Source of the DNA: Oopsacas minuta
Taxonomy: Eukaryota; Animalia; Porifera
Reading direction: 5' to 3'
DNA length: 64,000 bases
NCBI GenBank assembly: GCA_024704765.1
Contig: JAKMXF010000099.1
Span: 486,419-550,418 of the forward strand
Part shown: piece by piece, positions 53,036-64,000 of the stretch
How positions within the stretch are numbered: the stretch's first letter is position 1
Layout of the letters: every line of letters starts with the position of its first letter
Notes under the pieces: model-generated
The model's database searches: none
Seen by the model: the letters and a program-made list of their open reading frames with translations, nothing else
Told to the model about the DNA's origin: nothing
Program-made: the position numbers and the translations under genes

Positions 53036-54378
53036 AGATGAAAGCCCACTCAGTGTTGATTCACATATCTAACTATGCAAATGCAAGACAGTGGTTCTTC
53101 ATGGCGACCCCAGAACTATCACGTCTCTCAGGGGATTTTAGCCATCAATATATCACCAAAGAAGTTAAATTGATGGAACACCACGAACCTTGTCCATGTG
53201 CAGTGATTAGGGACCATGTGCAGTTTTGGAGACCAAGTCTGCCATACTCAGTCATGCCAACCCATTTGCTGTCAATGGTACTGATATCAATAACTTTATT
53301 ACCCAAGCATGCATACCTAGTGAACATGTACCTCAAATCCTAAACATTGATCACATTCCTCTTCTTTACAAAGAGTTTCTAGAAGAAGGCATCAATGGGA
53401 GTGTTAGTCTATTTGCTTCTGTAAAGAAAGAAAACAACAAGATGTACTTATTTGTGAACAAACAAACGAAAGAGATGCTCAAAAACAAGGCAATTGATAT
53501 GAAACATACCAAAGACCTATATGGAAGGCTGATGTTTTTGATCAAATCAAGTTGATAATTTGATCTTAAGCAGGCCATATGCAATTGTGAATTTACTTTG
53601 ACACATAGAGTACTTTTTGCTTCGAATAGTACGCAAATTCCATGCATTGACAAGTCCAAATTAACCTACCTCCTTGTGAAATTTGGAGAAGACATTCGCG
53701 TGATTCAAGCAGATCAGCTGCAGATACAACCTGCAAGTATCTTGCCACTAACTGAGTACATGGACGCCAACAATGATAAAGGATATTGCTATTGTTGATG
53801 GCATGGTGCTAGTCCAGAAAATAACGACTGATCATGTAGTTACAATTGTGACAGTTAAAGATCTTTGTGTTAATTTCAATGAAAGATTGATGTCTTTAAC
53901 CAGGAACTGTGATGTGATTACCCGTGGTATTAGACAGGTACTTCGTAAATTATGAGGACAAGGAATGACCCAGTGCAGTATCAAGTCAATGATGAAACAA
54001 GGATTCAGCACATCACTATGAAACGTTTTCTGTCTCATGAGCGGCCAAAAGCTGACTTGACAGAGTATCTTGCTGAGAAGCACTGAAATACAGCAAAAAC
54101 TCTTCCAGACTTGTTATTGAGTGCGGAAAAGATGGCTAAGAGCAACAACGTTTAATCTCGAGGAAGCGAACACACTAATGGTTCACAGGCAGTACTGGCA
54201 ACCCAACGATGTCCGATGCCACTTACTTTCTTCTCTCCTGACACCGATGCTCCTGGCTGGCTATAGCATTTTATGATCTTCTTATCTAAAACACACGTGT
54301 CTCTATGGTATCAGTTCTTGTATCTTCAAAATATTCATTTCTTGGTTTAAATTCCTTTAATTTTCCTTGCTCCAATTA

Positions 54379-54540
54379 CAGTAGAACCTACATAAATCGA
54401 CACTCGTTGAGGCATGAAAATTGTGTCGGTTTGGAAATTGTCCCATTATGCTGTTGAATTTGTATTGTCGGAAGCTATTTCAGAGTCGGATTATAGAGGT
54501 CTTCCGGATTTACAAGTGTCGGTTTATTCTGGTTCCACAG
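54379..54540. mobile_element. pogo/Tigger-type MITE with TA TSD
   Basis: TA|CAGTAGAACC..AAATCGACACT / AGTGTCGGTTT..GGTTCCACAG|TA. Confidence 0.75.
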
Positions 54541-56817
54541 TATTGCCTTAAATAGCATTCAATGTACTTATTTGGGGCTGGAAATATTTTCCTTTTTCAA
54601 AATACTGGCCTCTTATTATATTCTCTAAAATGTGACATATAAGACCGTATCTTAGGTAGGCCATAACAAAATAGAAAGTCAACATTTTGCACTGGCCAAT
54701 ATGCTATATAGTATAGTCGGCACAATATATATATATCAACTTCTCAGGTACTACACTGTCACAATGAATATAGTTACCAGTTTTCAGAATTTGTATGTGA
54801 TAGCCATCCGACAATATATTCTCTGCTAATCTTTATATGGCGTAGTAACTTGGCTAAGTAAACTACACATTTTCTGATCAGCACATTATAATAACTTTGT
54901 CATTGACCTGGAGCTATAACTAAATATTATATGCGAATAATAATATCGCTCATAAAAGCTTAAGATACCACCCATGTTTCTGTAAGATATTTGCAAAGTA
55001 CTTGCAAGAAATTGATGGGGATGATTCTTGTCAAACCATCCAATGATCTCACTAATCGTCTTCGATTTGTTTGTGACTATACACATTGCAAGTTTGTCAC
55101 TAGTTTACAGTATTCTAATTGTTGCAACCCATTCTATCAGATAGTTTTCAAAACAATCAATTTTGAGTTTCCTTATAATTCTAAAAATTTACAAATCGGA
55201 CATTTTTGAAATTCGATGCTGAATATCTTACAAAGTTTTGATCTCTTTGATTTAAAATTTTATCGACTTAGAAGTTGATTAACCATCACAGAGCAAGATG
55301 GATTCATTTTCAGACCTGATTTGGACAATTCTCTAAGAAGATTTATGCTGAACTTGGTAGAAGTTCACTTTTACGAAATGTAGCATAACGCCATAAGGAT
55401 TGTTAAGGGATAGTTCTGACTTATCATGATTCTTGCTCTAGGGGATATAATTACAAATTCGAGAGGTTCCCATCACTTACCTTTGAGTAATGTAAATGAT
55501 GTCACATTGACCTCTCAATATTTAGTGACATAATCGTATTTATTATGATTCCTCAAAGTTTCCCAATTTTTCTTTACTAATACGTCTGGAATTTACATTC
55601 CCAGCTGTCACTCATAGAATTATCAAATCTTTTGCTAAGTATTATATAATTCTGAATTGTAAGGACTGTCGATTCTCCATCAAACTAGTTGACATTGTTA
55701 TCTCTAAGACTATTATGTATTTTGTATCAATGTATTATTGTTAAATAGGATGAAGTTTATGGGGATTATGTTGCATATAGTGACATGATTCGAATAGTTC
55801 TGATTATGAGTTTTGCGGATATCACACCTCTTCATACGTTTATATGTTTTATATTGCTAAAGATTCGGAAACAGCTGAAATTGACCTGAATATTTACTAC
55901 AATTGTAGTGAAATTGTACTTGGAGAGTCTATTGCTCCGATTGGCTTATCCATTGCATTCTATACTCTAAGGCAATAAGTCTATTGAAATTCTGAGCCAG
56001 AACAGTTATATTTTCGAAGAATTTATAATTCAAAACTTAATATTCCTATAGTATTATATACGTACTTCGGATTGTACCTGCGAATTGGGTAAAGGGCACT
56101 TGATATCTGATTTCCACTTTTATTATTTCCTACATTGAAATTTACCTATCCACACTATTTCAACCTTAAAATTGTTTTCATATTTGATTTATCTTGTAAT
56201 TCATGTTTAACATTTTTTTCTCATTAGATTCAAAACCTCAGATCCCAATTGATACACCGACTATCAAATATTCATATACAGACTTTCATACCTTTGAAGT
56301 TTCCTGGCTTTGGAGTGCTAATATTTCGTATCTGTCCACATATGAGTGCCAAAGCTTTACTACATTCATTTTGAAAGTCCAAAGTTTTCAAACAGTCCTT
56401 TATTTCATGGTAATCTATTATACTAAAATTTACTCCTTTCATAATTTGTGATTGCTGTCATAGTCAGTTTCACAGTTAGCTAAAACTGACAAATCAGCGG
56501 AAATGGTCATGTTGCAACCATTTATACATGTGAAACGAGCTATGAAAAAATTAGTGTAAAACTATATTAAATGTGTCAAAGGGCTTGTCCAAAGCTAATT
56601 TGATACAGCTTAGTATGATATTAAGACAAATATTGGAAACGGAATTAAATTTTATTGAAAATATGATATACATGATAACTCTAAGTTAAACATAACTCAA
56701 AACATAGTGAAAATGAGTATTGCCTAATACTGTTTTCAATGAAATATTACCCATATCATAGTCACTGCAGAAACATAAGGAGGTATCGCTACATTTGACC
56801 AGGGATAAATAGAAGTA

Positions 56818-58121
56818 CAGGGTGACACATAGATACTGTTCAACTTTTAGAACTATCATATTGTAGATGAATATAATTCAATAGCGTTGAAACTTATCCA
56901 ATATATTGTACTACATATCTATTTTTTCCCAATAAATCACACCAGCTATATCTCACTTAGAAGTTTTATAATTTCAACATTTTGTGAGGGAGACTCGTCA
57001 TTCAGCTGTTATTGATTATTCAAGGCCGGAAAATGTAGAAGTGAAAGCGCCTCTTTGCTCAGTTACAATAGGATGTTTATTTCGCGAACTTTGTCACGGT
57101 TTGCTGATACAGGGGACGTGTTAGACCGACCACGACCTGGCCGTCGTACTGCACGGATAATTTCATTGACCAAGAGGGTGCTACAACGGATTAAACGAAA
57201 TCCCGCCCGAAGTATCCGAAAAATAGCCATTGAAACAAATACAAACAGGGAATCGATGCGGAGGCTTGTTTGTAATGATTTGGGCATGAAAGCGTACAGA
57301 ATGAAAAAAGACAACTCCTCACAGCCAAAAATATAATTATGAGGTTGGAAAGATGCAAGGCCATGCTTTCACGTTTCACCAATGGTCGACACAAGCAGAT
57401 CCTTTTCTCTGATGAGAAATTATTTACTGTTCGGCAGGTCCTAAACAAGCAAAATCATAGGATTTTAGCCACCGATAAGAGTACTTTGCCTGAATCTACT
57501 TTCCGGGTCTCTAGAACGCAAAAACCAGCTTCAGTGATGGTATAGGTCGGGGTTACTGCAACTGGTCGGACACCTTTGATATTTATCCCCCAAGGTGTGG
57601 AAATCAACCAATCAGTTCATCGGGAATCAATTCTTGAGAATGTTTTGAAGTCTTGGGCACAATCACATTTTGGAAACGACCTATGGGTATTTCAGCAAGA
57701 CTCTGCCCCAGCTCACAAGGCTAAAGCCACTCAAAAGTGGTCAAGACCAATTTTCCGGGGGTCATTTCTTCCGAAGAGTGGCCACATTGTTCGCCAGAAC
57801 TTAACCCCCTCGACTTCTCTATATGGTCCATATTGAAGGAGAGGGTTAACGCTACACCCCATTGTTCAGTTGAGGTTCTTAAGAGTACATTATTAAGGGA
57901 GTGGTCAAAGATTCCGGATTAGCATGTGTGTGCCAGTGTAGACTCCTTCATCGTCTGTCTGAAGAGCTGCATTAAGGCAAAAGGTGATATATTTGAGTAA
58001 TACTCTCTTAATTTTCAACCCTATAGTATATCTAAACATAATTTAGAATATTAGAACGATCGCTCCAATAGTTTTGTTTTCAGCCCTTTTACATTTGTAA
58101 CAGTATTTATGTGTCACCCTG
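56818..58121 (+). mobile_element. Tc1/mariner DD37D (maT-type) transposon, pseudogenised
   Basis: TIR CAGGGTGACACATA(G/A)ATACTGTT; TA TSD both sides; fragments DRPRPGR, ILFSDEK, QKPASVMV*, WVFQQDSAPAH...EEWPHCSPELNPLDFSIW (37 residues between the last two Asp across one frameshift). Confidence 0.92.
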
Positions 58122-58519
58122 TATATATCTCTTGATTGCTTATTCGATAATCGTCAAAATCTGTAACTGGTGCATTTTTCACCTTAATAAATCTATTATT
58201 TATATCTCGCAAAATATTTTGAAAATCTTCAGATTGAAGTGTCGTTACCTGGTGGCGTAATTGGCTAATACCCTATTTCTCTGAATAGGCCCCTGTCGCT
58301 TATTTTAATCGTAGGCAATTCTTTGAATACATTTTGTAATTTTTGAATACAGATGATTTGGGAAGGATTATCCTAATTTGTTGCATAGTCAAATGAAGCC
58401 TTAATTTCCCCAAACCATTTCTTCTAGATGATTGTGATAATTTTATTATTCACTAATCTTGGAGCTAGCCATGGACTTCTAAACTACCTAGACGGTTAAC
58501 TCATATTTGCTCTGTACCA

Positions 58520-58860
58520 AGCAAGGCTAGTTAGGTATAATTGATATCTCTAAACTATAAGTTCTATTGGTATTAAATATATTATTGTTGAATAGGAATT
58601 CATGTATGGGGATTTCAATGGTTATATTGGCATAGCTGAATTGTTTGTGGTTTATTGGGGTTTTTTAGTTTTGCGGTTTTCACATCTTTACCTATATGTA
58701 AATAGATGCTGAGAACTTGGAACTGATTAACATTATAAATGTCAAATGTACATATAATGGATGAATAGGAACTCATAAATGGGGGTCGATTCACACCATT
58801 ACCCAGTCTCAAATATCTATGACTTCCGATTTTATTGCTTTTACACCTTCCATATACGGT
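58520..58860. repeat. Long inverted repeat, left copy (partner ~63660-63990)
   Basis: CTATAAGTTCTATTGGTATT...GGAATTCATGTATGGGGATTTCAATG...TTGTTTGTGGTTT is the reverse complement of AAACCACAAACAA...CATTGAAATCCCCATACATGAATTCC...AATACCAATAGAACTTATAG; similarity is clear but diverged. Confidence 0.8.
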
Positions 58861-59099
58861 AATATCATTTATACCACTTTATAGATTGTGTTTGGGCAGA
58901 GGGGCTAATATTATAAGTTATACTAGGTATATATATTAATACTATCGTGAAAACGATACTACAGACAATTAAATAATGTTTCAAATCATTTACGAAGCGG
59001 TTGATTCACTCACTTTCTCAATTCAATTTTTCTTTTCCTTTTTGAACAACAATAGCGGAAGATTCCTTCACGATGTTTTGGCCTTGTATTATAACCTTC

Positions 59100-62000
59100 G
59101 ATATATTTCGTATACCACGTTATGACCGTATGTGCAATCGATCATACATTTAAAAACGTGCTGAACCTCGTCCACTAAGATGTCAATTAAGGTACAGAAG
59201 ACCGGACATTGTCGATTGGTTGTAGTATTTCAATTTCAGCTCAGTTGTTTCTTTAAGTTCGAAATATACTCCCCAGCAGAATTGGCCCAAGTAGAATACA
59301 TTTTCTTGTGGTGCAAGGAGTCCACAACGATTGATTTTTGCTGTGAAGCTTGTAGCTCTTGAACCCTTTTCAAACTCAACCAGCATCAATGTTTCTTCCA
59401 GACTCAAAGATGCTTTGCAGCCGTTACACTTTATGTAAAAACAACGACCATGATAAAGCACCACAGACATACAGTCTGTCAACTTGAAATTGGGAAGATC
59501 TTTGTTTTTTCCTAACTACAAGTACATTTAGTGTATTTCTATTCTAAATATGTTATTAGAATCCTTAAACAATCAATAATATAGTAGGCCTAATAATTTA
59601 TCTTATTTCCGTCACTTTTCCGTACTAATTTGACTCTTTTTGGCATCGATGACCAAAATGGACGTAAAAATTCATGTTCTAAAGAATTCCATACTTCATT
59701 TAGCTCCCTTTCCAGCTCATTTAAATTTCTTGGTGACTTCAAATCGATTTCTCTCTTGATCCACGACCAGAGGTTCTCGATCGGATTCAACTCCGGACTA
59801 CAGGCAGGCCAATCCATCCTATGTATCCCTTTCTCCTCCATGTATCCTTTAGCAAGGTTGCACGTGTGTTTGGGATCGTTGTCTTCCTTGGAAAACCCAT
59901 CCATCAGGGTACAAGACACTTGCTTGTTCTACTAAACATTCCTGCAGAATGCTGCAGTAAAGTCGCCCGGTGAGATTTTCTCTGAAAACCTTGATAGGAA
60001 ACGTTCCACGTGCTGAAAACGCTCTCCAAACATGCAATTTAGGAGAGTGTTTCGTACTGGGTTTTACTGGTTTCGAATCACCTTTACACCAGACACATAC
60101 TCTGCCACCAGCTAGCCAAATGAACATCTCATCGCTAAATATCACTTTCTCCCAATCTCTACATCTGTTAGACTTAGTCCAATCAACACGATAAGCCTTA
60201 TAGGTTTGCGTAAGCATTGGAATCTTTATAGCAACCTTGTGGGTGAAGCCATGCTGCTTCATCTCAATCCTTACAGCCTCGTGTGAGAACGATAGACCCC
60301 GCCTTTTGTTAAATTTGCAAGTCAACTTCCTCACAGATAACCTAGGATTGTTGATTGCCAAACTAACAAGTGATCTAGCGTTATTTACTTTGATCTGACG
60401 CTGTTTCCCGGAACCAATCTTTCTATCAACGGATTCAGCATTCCTCAATTTGTAAACAGTGCGATAAACTGTACTTTTTGGAACTCCAGTTCTTCGAGAT
60501 AATTCCATACAATTCATGATTACTGTGTCGAAAAGTATCTTGCTATTGTTACGCTCTTCTTGCTCATTCATTTTAAGGTTTTGAATTGATGAAAGTAAAG
60601 AATTATTAGCGAAGAAATAGAAGTGTTGCGAGAAATTCAAGTGATAAATATTTGTATAGAATATTTGATGGTAGTAACTAAGTATAAATTGAAATATTTT
60701 GTAACCGCAAGCAGCTAGAGAAGTTCAGTTGGTTAAGAAATGACTCGAAATCGTTGAAGAACACAAAGTATCAATATTATTACGATAACCAATTTGAAAA
60801 TGCAATTAGGAACATTCTAACATCGAAAAAGATTTTCCCAATTTCAAGTTGACAGACTGTATTATATTATCTTCTCGTCCTGGGCAGGGACATAGTTAAA
60901 AAGCATGTCACCACGAATGTTATCAGCAAGTCTCAGAATTTCTGCGGAATTGTCTTTCTTCATAATGCCTGCATCAATAGCCCTAATACTGATGGTACTA
61001 TATTTCAGCAGAGAAAAGGTACGAATTTTCTTCTCATTGACTTGTCTATACCATCCGAATCTTGACACGATGTTGTCAGATTGAATCAAAAACTAAGAAG
61101 TATATAATTGAAACCACACTCATCAATGAAATAGTGAGTCAACGAAGAAATCGCACGACAAGTCTGTTGAAATGCCAAAAATGTCTCATTGAGGCCAGGT
61201 TGTTTGAAGGATTGCCAAAGTTCAAAAAAGGAAGCCATATCATCTTAATACTTCAACTTCCAATCATTAGTAGATTGAACAGGCTCTTTGTTGTTATCTC
61301 TCTTGAATTTTCAAATTGAGGTGGTTTGAACATTGAATACATTCCACATATCATGAAAACTATGAGAATATTGGCAGTATCCCGAGATGCATATTCGACC
61401 AAAGCACTTATAGTGGTCTCGTGGAAACTACTATAGCCAACTTACACTAGTCTTTTCTATGCTCTTTGATAATACACAGCTTGTATCAATTTATGAGCAA
61501 TTTTCAGAGGTTTGTTAAATTCGATTTCATACACTCTCTGAATATCAGCTAAAGTCAGCATTTGTCACTTCTTCAAGAATGAGGGTTGAACCAGGACATC
61601 TAAATCTTTTCTTTAATTGAAAATTATTACACAAGTTTTTGATATTGCCCGTGTGATCAAAGATGAGATACTATTTGTGATATAACATTTCCACTGCTGT
61701 TTACATAAGTTGTAGAAGAATTTAAGACTGTCTGAGTAATTATCCATCATAATTGCGACTACATTGAAACCGACTTTATAGATTAGGTCCATGGCTTCGT
61801 TGTAACACTTTTCCAAGGAATCTGCCTTAAGGGTATCCGAAGGTATATGGATGTCACACCACAGTATTTTGGTTAATTTATCTTGTCATGAAGCACAACG
61901 CTGTTCTAGCCACCATATATTGATCAGCAAATCCGATAATATCACTTCCACTTAGCTCAATTCGGCGCCCAAGATATATTTCATCGATCATCAAGTTAAC

Positions 62001-62714
62001 GTGGTTATAAATAATTGTAATTTATTTGCTCTTAACTGAAGATACTGCTCTTTGTTCAGTCCACTTTTAGAATCACCCTTTCGAAATATTCCCTTAAGAG
62101 TCGTGATAGCCAGTAAAATTCACACATTTTGGTTTCTTAGACATTTATATGCTGCTGGACTAGATCATTATGCAATGAAGGAAGAAATAATCAAATCTGG
62201 TGAATATCGCTCACCATGTTTTGGTTTCCAGATCACTTTAACTGCTCAATTATCATTCTAATTTTACCACTATCATTTTAATCTTCTACATCAGCAAGCT
62301 ATCTCTTCAGGCATGTTGAAGCTTCTGTTTTTGTATCTTGCACTTGCGCATCAGTGTCAAAGTATTTACAAAAGTAAGTAGATTCATTAACTATGATACA
62401 TTGCTCAACGTATTTGACTTCAGAATGTTTGGAAGGTATTATATGAGTTTTCAGCCTTTATAGCTCAGTTTCTTTTATGTCTCTTTCTACATTCATTCAT
62501 ATCTGATCGTTTCGTTTCAAACCACCACCCATAAATTGTTTTGAACATATTCTAGATTATTTCGTAAGATTCTAACCCACACTTGAAAGTAGTCTCACCC
62601 ATTTCTCTAACTGTTCTTTATTGTATAAAGTGAAAATGTGAAATGTAATGCCTTCGATTGCAAACATGACTCAAAACCAGCCCTGCAACCAAAAGCAGCA
62701 CATTTTTTGGCATC
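59100..62714 (-). pseudogene. THAP/P-element transposase remnant split by the Tc1 insertion
   Basis: THAP-like start MPKKCAAFGCRAG (ATG 62714)..ITFH..QLEKWVR..RICSKQF; NLMIDEIY; VGFNVVAIMMDN; QSDNIVSRFGWYRQ; reading continues across the Tc1 as II*YVCGA then CNGCKASL..NRCGLLAP. Confidence 0.85.
59472..60859 (-). mobile_element. Tc1 (DD34E) transposon, one frameshift in the transposase
   Basis: ~31-bp TIR CAGTCTGTCAACTTGAAATTGGGAA; TA TSD; ORFs 59849-60640 (IFSDE, KLHVWRAFS) and 59590-59919 (EDNDPKH...DWPACSPELNPIENLW, D34E). Confidence 0.93.
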
Positions 62715-64000
62715 TCGAACCGAGTATGTTGTAGCTAGTAGGAATAGTTAATATTGTTAAGTAAGAATCCCAAATTTCTTTCAATGCCTCCCGAGGTATT
62801 ATATGTATATTATTGTAACCAGCGCTTCACTTGCTAGCTTAGGGCCTCAAGTTAGTTCAAGTATTAAACAAATATAATACTTATTGCTTTGGGTCACTAA
62901 GCGACAGGACAAACTCGGCGCTTCGTGTCTCGGATTCATAATATAGCAGAAAGATTTACTATCAAGGGTCCATCCAAATTCTCTTGCAATTACCTTCTGT
63001 TGTAATACTGCAGCTCTTCCGTGGCTTTAGTTTAATAATCTGGACACTTCGTCTCTCGAATATTTTGAAATTCTCAAAATTTCAAAATATTCGAGAGACG
63101 AAGAGAAATTTGACTTTTTTGAACAGTCATGAGGACGTAATAATCCCATTATGACTTTGCATTTGGCCAAAATCATGACATCATAATATTCGTCATATTG
63201 AGGGCTACCTGTGGTTAAACTTTCAAGCTTCTACCATTATATATTGGCAGAGCAGTGGTTGATACTGTTTTTTTTTTTATCTAAAAGGTGACAATCACGT
63301 CATATTCTGTCATGTGTGAATTTTCGCCCAAGACTCAAACTTGTACGAATCATGTCCAAAATTCCTCTGTCTACCAAAAATTTACCCTAGGGTAATCCAG
63401 TTTCTTCAATCAATACTGGACATACAAATATATATATACATATATATATTGATTAATTGCTTTATATAATATTGAAGAAAATGTCTTATGCTACTAGATA
63501 TGAGCAACATAGAGTTAATAAATTACAATTTGTGATAGTTGATACACTGATAAGAATAAACCTAAGACTATAAGTTATACTAAGTCATATTTGTAACGCC
63601 TACTATCTCCGCCCTTCTACTGAGATTGTTCAGAATAATGTAATACGGTAATACAATGACCATATATGGAAGTTATTGAAACAATAACACTCGGAAGCCA
63701 TAGATATTTGAAACTTGATAATGGTGCGAATCGACTGCCCATATATGACTTCTTATTCAACTATAATACATTTCCCATGTCTAATGATAATCAGTTTCAA
63801 GTTCTAATTTACATATATGGAAAGGTGTGAAACCGCGAAACTCAAAAACCACAAACAATACAAGTATGCCAATATGGGCATTGAAATCCCCATACATGAA
63901 TTCCTAGTCAACAATAATATATTCAATACCAATAGAACTTATAGTCTTTAATTATAGAGACACCAATTTTACCAAACTGACCTAGCTTTAAAGAATCAAA

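Larger units (their letters stand above)
48380..54300 (+). pseudogene. Second AcademX-type protein remnant, interrupted by the Ginger1 element
   Basis: ETPQTLGLALTLHHETR..LIQNLSRMGYSVSY; AEDSADGK.TTH..IVVYQK; ISFDMALYEK..VPRLGEQHTFMAVLRAL..SGIDDAW..RQILKC.HHKR; DHACEEENK|LMKAHS..NARQWFFMATPEL; KDLYGRLM; AIVDGMVLVQ; EEANTLM; SPDTD. Confidence 0.78.

Overview
AT-rich eukaryotic (animal, probably non-vertebrate) DNA made almost entirely of nested, mostly decayed transposons. I found no cellular protein-coding gene, rRNA, tRNA or CRISPR array that I can support. Elements recognised from termini, target-site duplications (TSDs) and protein motifs: hAT (a near-intact hobo/Ac-type element with perfect TIRs and 8-bp TSD, Buster/Charlie remnants, MITEs), two hATm elements (one inside the other), three Chapaev3 elements (two apparently identical internally and inverted), two DD37D (maT-type) and one DD34E Tc1 element, pogo/Tigger-type MITEs, a Gypsy integrase remnant, AcademX remnants, a THAP/P-element split by the Tc1, Helitron-like non-autonomous repeats, and a Ginger1-type DNA transposon (49767-53035). 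The most notable item is that the Ginger1 element carries, behind its integrase, a decayed USP-like cysteine-protease domain rather than the OTU/Ulp1/PHD domains I know from Ginger1. Family names come from motif recall, not database searches; coordinates were counted by hand.
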